Source: an uncultured cyanobacterium (GTDB lineage: Bacteria; Cyanobacteriota; Cyanobacteriia; Cyanobacteriales; Cyanobacteriaceae). From it: 64,000 nucleotides of DNA. The translations under genes were made by a program, and so were the position numbers. The notes below the pieces were generated by a model, which saw only the letters and a program-made list of their open reading frames with translations, was not told where the DNA came from and made no database searches. How positions within the stretch are numbered: the first letter of the stretch is position 1; each line of letters opens with the position of its first letter. Location: the NCBI GenBank assembly GCA_963710605.1, contig CAVQBA010000005.1, positions 224,001-288,000 on the forward strand, written 5' to 3'. Positions 22,163 through 33,418 of the stretch are shown in pieces.

Positions 22163-25100
22163 TTAGTTAGGGTTAGTAGATTTTTGTTGTTGCTGATAGA
22201 GATAAAAATAACGACCTTGCAGATTCATTAAATCTTGATGAGTACCTTTTTCCACGATCGAACCCTTATCCATCACGACAATCAAATCAGAATCACTAAT
22301 TGTGCCAAGACGGTGAGTAATAAACAATACAGTACGATCGCTAAATGCTTTAATTAAATTTCGACAAACTTGAGCTTCTGTATTATAGTCTAAAGCACTA
22401 GTTGCTTCATCTAAAACCAACATTCGTGGATTTTGTAAAACAGAACGAGCGATCGCAATCCTTTGTCTTTGCCCCCCAGATAAAGAAGCACCTCTTTCAC
22501 CCACACGAGTATTATAACCATTAGACAAACTCATAATAAATTCATGAGCTACAGCAACCTGAGCCGCTGCCACCACTTCCTCTGTACTTGCTGAAGGATT
22601 AGTCAAAGCAATATTTTCAAAAATAGTACCATCAAACAATAGACTTTCTTGAGGCACAACCCCAACCTGACGACGTAGTGAATATAATTCTACCCGATTA
22701 ACATCATACCCATCAATTAAAATTCGTCCTGATTCTGGCTCATAAAGACGAGAAACTAATTTAGTAAAAGTACTTTTACCTGCACCACTTTCGCCCACAA
22801 TCCCCACAAAAGTTCCCGCCGCAATCTCGATCGAAACATTATTTAATTGTAAAGGACCGTGAGGTTTAAAACGGAAACAAACATCATCATATTTCAGCTC
22901 ACCATTAATTAAAGGCATCGGAATATTATCACGATCATCTTCCGCTTCTTGAGGGTAATCAACAATATCAGCTAAACGTTCTAAAGAAAGAGCAGTTTGT
23001 TGGAAATTTTGCCATAAATTAGCTAAACGTAAAATAGGTGAAGTTACATAACCTGAAATAATCCGAAAAGCAATTAATTGCCCTAAAGTTAAATCTCCTT
23101 GTAAAACCAAATAAGCACCTACCCACAATACCAACAACTGAGATAGTTTATTTAAAAAAGCACTAGTTGAACTTGCTAAAGTTTGGGTAATAACAGTTTT
23201 AAACCCCGTACCAACATAATCAGCATAACGCTCTTGCCATTCCCAACGAGATTTCAACTCAATATTTTGAGCTTTAACTGTTTGAATCCCCGACATAATC
23301 TCGACTAAATGAGACTGTGTATGAGCATTACGTTCAGCTTTGGCTCTAAGTTGACGACGAATTAAAGGAGAGAAAATTAAAGTTAAACCAATAAAAATCG
23401 GAATAATTCCTAAAGCAACCGCAGTTAATAAGGGGCTATAAATAAACATAACCACAATATAAATAACCGAAAATATAGCATCTAAAACTACTGTTAAAGC
23501 AGTTCCCGTTAAAAATGACCTAATATTCTCTAACTCATTAATACGGGTAGATATTTCTCCTACAGGACGTTTTTCAAAGTACCTGAGGGGTAGCCTTAAA
23601 AGGTGATCGATAATTTCTGAACCTAAACTCATGTCAATACGATTAGTTGTATCCACAAAAGAGTAAGTTCGTAAAGTCGTCAGCACTGCCTCAAAAACAG
23701 CTATCACAACTAAAAATATACCTAAAACCTGTAAAGTATCAGGACTATTTTGGACAATCACTTTATCAATGATGATTTGAATCATCAAAGGATTAGCAAG
23801 GGCGAATAATTGCACAAAAAACGAAGCGATAAATACTTCAAGTAACGTCCATTTGTATTTAATAATCGAAGGTACAAACCAACCTAAACCAAACTTTTGC
23901 TCGGGAGTTTCTTTGGTAGTTTTGAGCAGTAAAACTTGTCCTTGTTGTCCCCATCTTTCCAGAAATTTGAGTAATTGATATTCTCTTGCACCTCGCATAC
24001 GGGGGTCAGCAACTATTACACTTTTTTCACTTGTGGCATAAATTACTACTAATGAGCCTTCTAATTGAGTGATAAACGGTCCTGCTAAACGAGAAAAAGC
24101 ACCTGCGGGGACAGGAACTAATTGAGCGTTCAAACCCATCAATTCGGTGATTGCTCCGCATATATCAAGAGAAATACGTCCTGTACGTTGTACTTGTTCT
24201 GTGATAATACGAGTTAAAATTTCTCCTCGGTAAGGAACTTTATAGTATTTACACAACATCCGCATACAAGCAATACCTACACCTGCTTCGGTTTTACCAC
24301 TAAAAAAAGGATAATCTCGAATAGGTTGACTTTTTTCAACGAATAAGGTGGTTGGTTGGTTTTGTAATAATTCGTTGTCCGCTGATGGTATTTCTTGATT
24401 ATCAATTAATACTTGAGTCGGCAATGCTTTATTGTTATCGTCATTCTTATTTTTCGGTTTTTCTTGCCAAAAGTCTTGATTTTGTTCTTGATCTTGTTTT
24501 TCAAAAGTATATTCTTCAGTTCTTATATTCTGATATTTTTGTTCTTCAATTAACTTTAAAGGTAAAGAAACTAAACGGCATTCGGTTTCTAAAAACCAAT
24601 TGTTGTTAAAAGCTAATTCTTGTCCGATACTTGCGTTGCTGATTCTGCCACTACTTAGTACCCATGTTTGATCTTGTGGCGGTGTTGGTAAGCGATCGTA
24701 TTTTTTAGCTTGCAGATGACAAACTGTAGCCATCGAGCTAATTTGACTAGCTAATTTTTTAAGATTACCTTCACCTTGTGCTAAACGATTTAGTTGTGTG
24801 CCGACTAATTCAAAAACTTCAATTAAACCAACTTGACTTTGATAATATTCTTTTAATGGTTTATGTCGATCGATTAATTGTAAAAATTTATCTCTGTCTA
24901 AAGTTAAAGCCACAACATCAGTTGAAGCGATCGCTGTTTCTGAAGGTAAACCACGAATTAAACTTTCCCAACCGACTATATTACCGTAACTTAATAATTT
25001 TAAACTAACAGGAATACTATTACGAGGATCATAAGCGATCGATCGAGCTTGCCCTTCATAAATAATAGCGATATGAGGCGGTATTTTATCTTTAACCAAC

Positions 25101-25231
25101 ATAATTTGCCCCAGTTCATATTTTAGGGGTTGAAAATCTTTGGCTATTTCTTGAACCGTCACAGGTGGTAATTCTTTAAATGGTTCTAAAGTCGAGATAA
25201 ATTCCTCAACCGAGCCAACTGTATAAACCAT
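22163..25231 (-). CDS. Type I secretion ABC transporter (cNMP-binding-like domain, C39-like domain, permease, ATPase)
   Basis: GESGAGKS, LSGGQRQR, LDEATSALD; HlyB-type membrane domain; adjacent HlyD gene. Confidence 0.95.
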   Translation of the reverse strand: MVYTVGSVEEFISTLEPFKELPPVTVQEIAKDFQPLKYELGQIMLVKDKIPPHIAIIYEGQARSIAYDPRNSIPVSLKLLSYGNIVGWESLIRGLPSETAIASTDVVALTLDRDKFLQLIDRHKPLKEYYQSQVGLIEVFELVGTQLNRLAQGEGNLKKLASQISSMATVCHLQAKKYDRLPTPPQDQTWVLSSGRISNASIGQELAFNNNWFLETECRLVSLPLKLIEEQKYQNIRTEEYTFEKQDQEQNQDFWQEKPKNKNDDNNKALPTQVLIDNQEIPSADNELLQNQPTTLFVEKSQPIRDYPFFSGKTEAGVGIACMRMLCKYYKVPYRGEILTRIITEQVQRTGRISLDICGAITELMGLNAQLVPVPAGAFSRLAGPFITQLEGSLVVIYATSEKSVIVADPRMRGAREYQLLKFLERWGQQGQVLLLKTTKETPEQKFGLGWFVPSIIKYKWTLLEVFIASFFVQLFALANPLMIQIIIDKVIVQNSPDTLQVLGIFLVVIAVFEAVLTTLRTYSFVDTTNRIDMSLGSEIIDHLLRLPLRYFEKRPVGEISTRINELENIRSFLTGTALTVVLDAIFSVIYIVVMFIYSPLLTAVALGIIPIFIGLTLIFSPLIRRQLRAKAERNAHTQSHLVEIMSGIQTVKAQNIELKSRWEWQERYADYVGTGFKTVITQTLASSTSAFLNKLSQLLVLWVGAYLVLQGDLTLGQLIAFRIISGYVTSPILRLANLWQNFQQTALSLERLADIVDYPQEAEDDRDNIPMPLINGELKYDDVCFRFKPHGPLQLNNVSIEIAAGTFVGIVGESGAGKSTFTKLVSRLYEPESGRILIDGYDVNRVELYSLRRQVGVVPQESLLFDGTIFENIALTNPSASTEEVVAAAQVAVAHEFIMSLSNGYNTRVGERGASLSGGQRQRIAIARSVLQNPRMLVLDEATSALDYNTEAQVCRNLIKAFSDRTVLFITHRLGTISDSDLIVVMDKGSIVEKGTHQDLMNLQGRYFYLYQQQQKSTNPN

Positions 25232-25846
25232 AATTTATTAAAAAAATATTAGCAAAAAAATTTTAAATAATTTGTGTAAAAATAATCAATACACTATTTA
25301 TACTATTTCTCTTTCAATTTACCCATTTTCTAGATTAATTATTTCTCTATCTTTAGGTAATTGACTTACGAGTAAAAATAATATACATCATCCTAGCATC
25401 AGAATCTATCAGTGAATGATTTTGTGAAGAGTTATTATAGTTTAATTTTGATGTTTACTAAAGGTGTAAACCTTCACTGGTATCAACTTAAGCTCTAAAG
25501 AACTTACTGGCTTAGGTTTACAACCCACCTCGAAATTAATTTCTAGGCTAATAGATTACGTTCAATAAATTGAACTAAAAAAATGAAGATTTGTTATTTA
25601 CTAAATTAAAAGTATTATTCTCTACCTCAAAATTAATTCTGAAATGGTGTTACTAATCTTGTGCTATTACTAGTTTAAATTCTATGGATTTAAATATATT
25701 TAACTTTCTATCCTGATGGCAAATTTTACTCTTGTAGGATGGGTTAGGCAATTATTCATGACAAACTTTAACAAGTTGATTAATAACGAGTGCCGTAACC
25801 CATCATCAAAAATAGTTTATGCAGTAGTTAATATTTATAAATACCT

Positions 25847-27175
25847 TTAATTATTTTCTTCATCTAACAATCTTTTATCCCAATCATTAAGCATATTATC
25901 TGCTTGATCTAATAAGTTTTTTTCTGTGCTATAAACTGTATTGTCAGCAGTAATAACTTTTTGGTTAGCAAATTGTTTAGCATAGTCAATTTTGGATTGC
26001 AATTCAGGGCTACTTTGTAATATACTTGCTCTTTCTTGACGTTTTTGATTTCTTAACTCCACTTTGTTGTTACGGGTTTGTAACCACAGATAGCGAATTA
26101 AAGGAATTGCTAGATAACTGATAGCATAGACAATCAATAAATTGTAGATAGAATTGACAAACTGAATATAGCTACCCATTTCTAGAGCCAATTCAGGAGT
26201 CAGTAAGCTACCTAAAACTAAAATCAAGACAAAATTAAATCCACCTAAGAAGAAAGCTAATATTTTTTGTGAGCTACTAGCGATACTAAATTGCCAACGA
26301 TTTTCTTGTAAATAAGGATCAATATTACGATTCTCACGTTGATTAGCCGTTACTTGTAATTCAGGAAAATAATAAACTATTTCACCCTTATCAGATACTT
26401 CAGGATAACCATTAAAGCGAGTCAAGACAGGTAACATATAATCTTCATCTCGATCGTTATAGATAGTAATATTATCTAAATAAGGAGCGGCTTGCTCTGC
26501 TATAATCGCACCTTGATTACTTTGAATTACTGTACCAATATCTTGCCAACGTCTTTCTTCTAAACGAGCATTAGGATTACCATCACCAAATAAAAATGAA
26601 TAAATCGATTCGAGAAAATTAAGCTGGTTTTGCTCTGATGGCTGATTGCGATTTAAACCTCTTTGATATCTTCTTCTTTGATAATCAGGGGTAAATATCC
26701 AAAAGAAATCGGGGGTAAACCAAAAACGAGGCATGAAATAAATACCCCCACCACCACCACCACGATTACCACCACCAAAGCCACCACCATTATCATCATT
26801 ACCACGACTTGCACTAGCGGCAACAACAAGGAAAACGATCGCTAATAAGACAATTAAAATTGAAGATACAAGGATGAGACCAAAAGAAATTCTAATTAAA
26901 TAGAAAACTACTTGCCATACTTTTTTTAAAGTATTTTGCCAACGTAAACGCCAATATTTGCTTTGTAAAACACCACGAAAGTTTTTCGGGAAAACGTAAG
27001 CAATATCTCCGGTTTGGGAAACTTCTAAATTACCATTGGTATCTGCGGCGAGTTGAATCAATCCCGGTTGAACTGTTTTGATGTCTAATCCTGATTTTGT
27101 GGCAATATCTCCTACTGTCACTCGATAATCTAACTCTTCGATCGATTGCATAATAGCAGAATTAGGATTACTCAT
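25847..27175 (-). CDS. Conserved cyanobacterial/plastid membrane protein of unknown function
   Basis: YRVTVGDIA N-terminus, FLESIYSFLFGDGNPN motif, TM segments and a Gly-rich linker. Confidence 0.75.
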   Translation of the reverse strand: MSNPNSAIMQSIEELDYRVTVGDIATKSGLDIKTVQPGLIQLAADTNGNLEVSQTGDIAYVFPKNFRGVLQSKYWRLRWQNTLKKVWQVVFYLIRISFGLILVSSILIVLLAIVFLVVAASASRGNDDNGGGFGGGNRGGGGGGIYFMPRFWFTPDFFWIFTPDYQRRRYQRGLNRNQPSEQNQLNFLESIYSFLFGDGNPNARLEERRWQDIGTVIQSNQGAIIAEQAAPYLDNITIYNDRDEDYMLPVLTRFNGYPEVSDKGEIVYYFPELQVTANQRENRNIDPYLQENRWQFSIASSSQKILAFFLGGFNFVLILVLGSLLTPELALEMGSYIQFVNSIYNLLIVYAISYLAIPLIRYLWLQTRNNKVELRNQKRQERASILQSSPELQSKIDYAKQFANQKVITADNTVYSTEKNLLDQADNMLNDWDKRLLDEENN

Positions 27176-27318
27176 ATACTTTTTTGATGTTGATCTATTA
27201 TTTCTGTATTAATTACAATTCTATCTCGAAATAAGGTCAAGCTATGGGTAACTAACAATACCTCAATCGTCGGATTACCTATTTACACTTAATTTCGATT
27301 GTTAATCAAATTAAATTG

Positions 27319-27516
27319 CTATTGTGTTAGTGTTGCTTGATGATAACTTTCTATATTACGCTCTGCTATCACTTCTAAACATCCTTCGACTGCTTCTTTG
27401 ATATTACCGATTAATTCATCTCATGTATCACCTTCGGTTACACAACTTGGTAAAGCAGGAACTTCTACCCAATAACCACCCTCTTCGGCTTTGTGTATTA
27501 TTACTTTTATTTTCAT
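27319..27516 (-). pseudogene. hicB: HicB-family antitoxin with an in-frame TGA at 27421-27423
   Basis: Manual translation MKIKVIIHKAEEGGYWVEVPALPSCVTEGDT*DELIGNIKEAVEGCL; no hicA partner seen. Confidence 0.85.
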
Positions 27517-27580
27517 CCTTAAATTTAATCTTATTATTGAATAGATTTTCTATTCTAATCAATCTAACATTAAACTAAAT

Positions 27581-27937
27581 TTAAGCAGACAACTTCGCTT
27601 TTTTTACTTCTTCATTAGCTCTAAAACCAACTAAAACAGCTTCATCATCTTTGACAAACAAAGGTCTTTTAAGTAACATAGCGTCATCACTAAAAGCCTT
27701 TACCCATTGCTCATCACTCCAAGTTTTTTTCTCTTCACCCAAAGCCCGATAAGACAATCCTGAAGTATTACGCATTGACTTAATACCTAATGATTTTACC
27801 CAAACTGCGATCGTTTCTTGATCGAGAATATGTTCTTTGGTATTAATAAATTGATATTCGATATTATTACTTTCTAACCATTGCAGAGCTTTTTTACACG
27901 TTCCGCAATTAGGAATACCATAAACTAAAAGTGTCAT
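27581..27937 (-). CDS. Spx/MgsR (ArsC-family) protein
   Basis: YGIPNCGTCKKA and LLKRPLF motifs. Confidence 0.92.
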   Translation of the reverse strand: MTLLVYGIPNCGTCKKALQWLESNNIEYQFINTKEHILDQETIAVWVKSLGIKSMRNTSGLSYRALGEEKKTWSDEQWVKAFSDDAMLLKRPLFVKDDEAVLVGFRANEEVKKAKLSA

Positions 27938-28019
27938 CAGAATTAACCAATTAAGAATAAATGAGTTGAAAATAAACCCCCATTTAATTAAAAATTAGAG
28001 GTTTATCAACAAAGGGCTT

Positions 28020-28061
28020 AAGAGTTAAGAGTTAAGAGTTAAGAGTTAAGAGTTAAGAGTT
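28020..28061. repeat. Heptamer tandem repeat (AAGAGTT)6, STRR-like
   Basis: Read directly; other heptamer runs near 28130-28157, 31130-31160 and 59776-59808. Confidence 0.9.
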
Positions 28062-28162
28062 AGAATCTAAAAAGAAGAAGTTGCGATTATTAATTATTAA
28101 TTCTTATTCATCCTTTCTCCTCTATTACTCCTTACTCATTACTCATTACTCATTACTTAGAT

Positions 28163-28303
28163 TTAGGCACTTACATAAGCTACATTTAAAGCCCAGATAA
28201 TTAAACCGACAATACTACCTAAAATAACGACAGCAGAAATACCTACAATAATTGGTTTGTCTGCACCATCAAATTTCATGATGCCACGATTTAAATCAGA
28301 CAT
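28163..28303 (-). CDS. Small single-TM cyanobacterial protein (46 aa)
   Basis: MSDLNRGIMKFDGADKPIIVGISAVVILGSIVGLIIWALNVAYVSA; below the ORF-track length cutoff. Confidence 0.8.
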   Translation of the reverse strand: MSDLNRGIMKFDGADKPIIVGISAVVILGSIVGLIIWALNVAYVSA

Positions 28304-28563
28304 ATATATTTTTCAGCTTAAATTTATAATATTCCTCAATAATAGGTTACCGCAAAAAAACAGTACTCGATCGAAAATTACTAAAAATTAAACTTTAATT
28401 ACCCTTTTTTTATTTTACCTCACCCCGAACCCCTCTCAAAAGTAGGAGAGGGGAGTTATAATCAAAAAACTTATAGCTAAAAGAAAGTGAGAAATTAACT
28501 CTTTACTCCCTCATTCTCTATTCTCCATTCTCCCCGAAGACGTGCTTCGATAAGGGATTCATC

Positions 28564-30051
28564 TCAATTCCCCTTCCAGCTTCCATGAAGCCCATAAGGA
28601 ATATGTTGACGAAGATGTAAAGTCGCTACAGGTTGAGATATATCCAGCCCATCAAAAATAATTAAATCAGAGCGGTGATGCTCGCTATCATAGATTAAAT
28701 CCAATATCCAGCCATCATCTTCAGACTTAGGTTGTGCTTTAGGTACAAAAACAGGCTCACCTGCAAATCCTTTAGGTGCAAAAGAATACAACTGTTGTTC
28801 GCATTTGACTAAATCTAGTTTTAATAATGCTTGTAAAGGAGCATTTGCTATATTACCGTGAGTTGCCCCAATAAATACATAACGATAATCTTCTCCTACT
28901 TTACTCGGATTAATAGTCGGAAACTCAACACAACGCTCGTCGATTAATTCTTTCGTTACTTTTTTTGTCGCTAGATTAAGTTTAAACCGCCATAATTGCC
29001 CCGGTGCTAAACTTTCAAAATTTACTTCTAAAAAGCTAGTATCAGGTTCAATTTGAGTCAATTCGTCATAACAAATAGAATCAACTACAATTTCTTGCTC
29101 ATTAACCTCAAAAGCATTAGCATGATGGAAAATAAATCCTGCTTCTACATCAAGAATAATAGCTTCTTGACCAGATTGTTGACGAGGAATAAGAATAATT
29201 TTAGTTGGTTTATCACCTTGGAAATTAACACATTCTCCCGCACCTCTTAAACCAAAAAGGAAGGGTAAAGGATTGAAAGTAGTCGGATTTTGGAAAAAGA
29301 TACAGTAGTTAGGTGTAATGACAAAATCATGGATGAAAGAAAAACCCGGAATAATATGGTTATATTTTTCAATTATTTTTCCTGACTCATCAAATTCGTA
29401 AAGATTGATTGTGCTAGAAAGCCCTGTTTTAATTCCAAAATTAACTAACGAAGGTTGGTCATGGTTAAATTGAGAATGAGGATCAATTTTTGGATGTGCT
29501 GAAAATGACTCTCCTTCATCTAAAACGCCATCTAAGTTATCAATACCGATCGTTTCTAAAGTATCTGGATTCAAATGATGTGGTTTCGCCGCTTCCCATA
29601 ATGCTAATAATTTGTCACCCCAATGAATAACATTAGTGTTAGCAATATTTTTAATTTTAAGATCGAATAAATTAGCTAAAAATCCACCGGGTTTCTGACT
29701 CCCGAAGACACCTCGATAAAGCATTTTTCCTGCTTTTTGTTCTTCTAGATATTCTTTAGTTTTGACAAAACTATTACGAAAATGACATTTACCATCAGAA
29801 AACGTAAATGCACAGATCATACCATCACCGTCAAATGGGTGTTGTAATGGTGTACCATGAACATCTAATAATCCAGGACCATTACGATACAGTGTACCTG
29901 ATAATTCTGAAGGTATTTCTCCTTCAATATGATCAATTAAATATTCTGATTCGTTATATTGAGATTCATAACCCTTACGCCAATCTGAAAGGGAATATGA
30001 TTGCTCTTCTAATAATTGCTGTTCTTGTTGTGGCATTTGAGAAAATGTCAA
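28564..30051 (-). CDS. Carotenoid/apocarotenoid cleavage oxygenase
   Basis: HPFDGDGM, FSAHPK, FIHDF, IFHHAN, GLHG iron-binding His motifs. Confidence 0.95.
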   Translation of the reverse strand: MTFSQMPQQEQQLLEEQSYSLSDWRKGYESQYNESEYLIDHIEGEIPSELSGTLYRNGPGLLDVHGTPLQHPFDGDGMICAFTFSDGKCHFRNSFVKTKEYLEEQKAGKMLYRGVFGSQKPGGFLANLFDLKIKNIANTNVIHWGDKLLALWEAAKPHHLNPDTLETIGIDNLDGVLDEGESFSAHPKIDPHSQFNHDQPSLVNFGIKTGLSSTINLYEFDESGKIIEKYNHIIPGFSFIHDFVITPNYCIFFQNPTTFNPLPFLFGLRGAGECVNFQGDKPTKIILIPRQQSGQEAIILDVEAGFIFHHANAFEVNEQEIVVDSICYDELTQIEPDTSFLEVNFESLAPGQLWRFKLNLATKKVTKELIDERCVEFPTINPSKVGEDYRYVFIGATHGNIANAPLQALLKLDLVKCEQQLYSFAPKGFAGEPVFVPKAQPKSEDDGWILDLIYDSEHHRSDLIIFDGLDISQPVATLHLRQHIPYGLHGSWKGN

Positions 30052-30316
30052 TTTTTTTTAATATTTATTAATAATTATAAGTACTATTTTCCACAAACGG
30101 CAAAAACAGAAGAATAAAAATATCAAAATTCACCGAGTTAGGAATCGTCCAGTTAAGAGTCAATGCTATTGTATTAACTGTTAGTTGTTAATTGTTATCT
30201 AAGTACAGAATTAAAATTAGTTTTCTAAATTAAGTTGCAAGATGTAAGTTAAAATGTAGATTAAGTTTTGTTAAGAAAATTCAGAAATAATTATAAAAGT
30301 TAAATACTCCTATACC

Positions 30317-31126
30317 ATGAGAAATCGTTTGCCTAGTTTAATTACCGTTATTTTAAGTATTTGCCTAATCTCTGTTGCAAGTTGGTTATTTACTCCCTAT
30401 CCTTGCGCTCAGGCGGTTAATAACCCTGAATTGTTACCTGAAACTGTGACACCTGTTGTGGATTTGGCTAATTATATTCCTGATTTGCAAGAAGAAAATT
30501 TAGTTAATGATTTTAACAAATTTGAAGCTGAAACAGGTTGGAAACTGAGAGTTTTAACTCAATATGAAAAATCTCCGGGGAGAGCGGTAATTAAATTTTG
30601 GGGTTTAGATGAGCAAAGTATTTTACTTGTAGCTGATGGTAAAGGTGGAAACATTTTGGCTTTTAGTGTTGGTGATGATGTTTATGATTTGTTACCACGT
30701 ACATTCTGGATTGAATTACAAACTAGATTTGGTAATATGTATTATGTCAGAGACAATGGCGAAAATAATGCGATCGTTACCGCAATGGATACAGTTAGAA
30801 ATTGTCTGGCTGATGGTGGTTGTTTAGTCGTACCGGGCTTACCTAGAGAGCAATGGATTTTAACTTTAATCACCTCAACTGTTGGGGGTGTTATTTTTGG
30901 TATTGCTGGATTACCTCGTAAAGAAGGACAAGTTTTTGCTTGGCAATGGGTATTGATTATTTCTCCATTATGGGGTATTCTTTTCCTTGCTTTTGGTATG
31001 GGCCCTGTCCTTACTCGTACTTCTGATTGGTTGCCTATTTTCCGTAATGTAGTTGGCTTTGTCTTAGGTGCTTTGGTCGCTTATTTATCACCTTTAATCA
31101 ATCGAGAAATAAATCCAGAAACCTAG
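30317..31126 (+). CDS. TPM-domain thylakoid membrane protein
   Basis: PVVDLA, ETGWKLRVLTQY, signal peptide and C-terminal TM helices. Confidence 0.85.
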   Translation: MRNRLPSLITVILSICLISVASWLFTPYPCAQAVNNPELLPETVTPVVDLANYIPDLQEENLVNDFNKFEAETGWKLRVLTQYEKSPGRAVIKFWGLDEQSILLVADGKGGNILAFSVGDDVYDLLPRTFWIELQTRFGNMYYVRDNGENNAIVTAMDTVRNCLADGGCLVVPGLPREQWILTLITSTVGGVIFGIAGLPRKEGQVFAWQWVLIISPLWGILFLAFGMGPVLTRTSDWLPIFRNVVGFVLGALVAYLSPLINREINPET

Positions 31127-31167
31127 GGTAATAATTGATAATTGATAATTGATAATTAATAATTGTT

Positions 31168-31788
31168 ATGGAATGGAATATTTTAACGGCTCAAAATTTG
31201 GCGATTATCGATCGTAAAATTAATCGTGATTCTTTTTCTTTGTCAGAATCAGAAATAATTCGTCGTTTAATTTATACAACCGCTGATTTTGAGTATCAAT
31301 CAATTGTTAGTTTTTTACACGAGCCTTTACATTCGGGTGCGGCGGCTTTATCAGCAAGAGTACCTATATTAGTAGATAGCACAATTATTCAAGGAGGTAT
31401 CACTAATACGTTACAAGATACCTTTCTTAATCCTGTTTACTGTTTAGATAATATATCTTTACCTAGTGGTTTACCGTCAAATAAATCGAAAATTTGGAAA
31501 ACTGTAGCTCGTCGTTATCCTTCTGCTATTTATATTATTGGTGACAATTCTTTACTATTATTATCTTTGTTGGATTTGATTGAAGCACAACAAATCAAGC
31601 CGAGTTTAATTATTGCCACTCCAGCAGGATTTATCGGTAAAGAAATGATTAATAGTCGTCTGAAAAATTCTCCTGTGTCTCAAATTCGACTCGATAGTAG
31701 TAAAGGTGGCACAGGTAGTGCGATCGCAATTTTTCAAGGATTAGTTGATTTAGCTTGGATTGCTAGACATCAAAATTTAGCTAAATAA
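31168..31788 (+). CDS. Precorrin-8X methylmutase (CobH/CbiC)-like protein
   Basis: IIRRLIYTTADFE, IATPAGFI, KGGTGSAIA; divergent from canonical motifs. Confidence 0.75.
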   Translation: MEWNILTAQNLAIIDRKINRDSFSLSESEIIRRLIYTTADFEYQSIVSFLHEPLHSGAAALSARVPILVDSTIIQGGITNTLQDTFLNPVYCLDNISLPSGLPSNKSKIWKTVARRYPSAIYIIGDNSLLLLSLLDLIEAQQIKPSLIIATPAGFIGKEMINSRLKNSPVSQIRLDSSKGGTGSAIAIFQGLVDLAWIARHQNLAK

Positions 31789-31814
31789 TCAATATACTTA
31801 AAAAACTTTTTGAT

Positions 31815-32339
31815 TTAATTAGGTGAAACCCACATTAAAGTTTGACCGTACTCGACTGGTTCACCATTTTCTACGGCTATTTCAACTACTTTTCCTGAAA
31901 CTTCAGCTTCAATTTCATTCATTAGTTTCATCGCTTCGATAATACAGACAACTTGTCCATTACTAACATTATCACCCAGATCAACAAAAGAAGCTTCTCC
32001 CGGAGCTGAAGCACTATAAAAAGTACCTACCATTGGTGAGGTTATTTCTAAAAGATTATCAGCTTTTGGAGCAGGAGAAGGTTTTTCTTCTACACTACCC
32101 GTCATAGTAGGAGAGGTTTCAACCGAAACATTAATGGGTTGAGGTGTTGGTAAAGTATTAGTAATAGTGGCTGGAGTCGCAGGAGCGATATTGCCAGCAG
32201 TGTAACTTACCTGATCGTTTTGTGGGTTAGCTTTTTGTAAGGTGAGTTCAAAATCTCCTTCTTTAATTGCTAACTCAGATATATCAGTTTTAGCGATCGC
32301 TTCGATAAATTCTCTTAATTGATTAAAATCTATTGGCAC
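31815..32339 (-). CDS. accB: Acetyl-CoA carboxylase biotin carboxyl carrier protein
   Basis: SPMVGTFY and EAMKLMNEI. Confidence 0.98.
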   Translation of the reverse strand: MPIDFNQLREFIEAIAKTDISELAIKEGDFELTLQKANPQNDQVSYTAGNIAPATPATITNTLPTPQPINVSVETSPTMTGSVEEKPSPAPKADNLLEITSPMVGTFYSASAPGEASFVDLGDNVSNGQVVCIIEAMKLMNEIEAEVSGKVVEIAVENGEPVEYGQTLMWVSPN

Positions 32340-32686
32340 TGTTAGATAGACTCTGAGGATTAATAAATAAAATGATAACGGGTGAGTGACTTAAAATAAA
32401 CAAATAGTCGATTAAAAGATTAGAATTTTAAGTTTCTCACCGTCTGATTAGGTGTAGCTATGTTCGTAACAACAATTAAAAAATTAATTTCTAGCTTTAG
32501 TCATACCAAATAAGTATAATCAAGCTATTAAAAATAGATTTTAAATGTGAACGACCAAGCTCAAACCTCAATTCTGCTAAAATTAATGCTTAATTTCAAG
32601 TCCTAAAATAGTACCTAAAACTATAACAGTATTTAGACGAATTATCTTTAATTGTCAATTGCGATGGTAAAAATTGTCAATTAAGT

Positions 32687-33247
32687 TTACGTTTCTCTAC
32701 CTAAATAGCTATCATTTCTGGTATCAACTTTAACCTTTTCACCGATCGAGATAAATAAAGGTACCATAATTTGTGCGCCTGTTTCTAGAATAGCGGGTTT
32801 AGTACCACCAGTTGCTGTATCACCTTTGACACCTGGGTCAGTATCTGTTATTTCTAAAGTAACGGAATTAGGTAATTCAACATCTATAATGGTTTCATTC
32901 CAGAATAAAATATTAGCTTCCATTTCTTCTTTAAGATATTTAGCCTTGTCTCCAACTTGCTCTTCATTGAGACGAAATTCTTCAAACGTTTCCATATCCA
33001 TGAAGACAAATTGATCACCTTCTTTATAGGTATGTTGCATAGTACGTTTGTCTAAATTAGCTTGAGGCACTGTTTCCCCAGCTCGAAAGGTTTTCTCCAC
33101 AACACTACCTGTTTGAGCATTTTTGAGCTTAGTACGAACAAATGCCGAACCTTTACCGGGTTTGACGTGTAGAAATTCAACTACTCGCCATACACTACCA
33201 TCCATTTCAATTGAGACACCTGAGCGAAAATCATTACTAGAAATCAT
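32687..33247 (-). CDS. efp: Elongation factor P
   Basis: [12 protein letters not shown] and PGVKGDTA. Confidence 0.99.
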   Translation of the reverse strand: MISSNDFRSGVSIEMDGSVWRVVEFLHVKPGKGSAFVRTKLKNAQTGSVVEKTFRAGETVPQANLDKRTMQHTYKEGDQFVFMDMETFEEFRLNEEQVGDKAKYLKEEMEANILFWNETIIDVELPNSVTLEITDTDPGVKGDTATGGTKPAILETGAQIMVPLFISIGEKVKVDTRNDSYLGRET

Positions 33248-33418
33248 AGAAATCTATACTCTTCAATGTTTGTTTTACTAATTAGATTCCACGTTGGACA
33301 TAAAAATGTCACCACCATATTCGCTTAAAATGGAAATAATTACAAGTGGCTTTGGTTGATAATTGATACTGCGATAACTGATAATTAATAATTAACAAGA
33401 TCGCATTTATTAAATTTT

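Noticed and set aside
28020-28157. Heptamer tandem repeats as a novel element
   Set aside because: Ordinary cyanobacterial STRR-type intergenic repeats.
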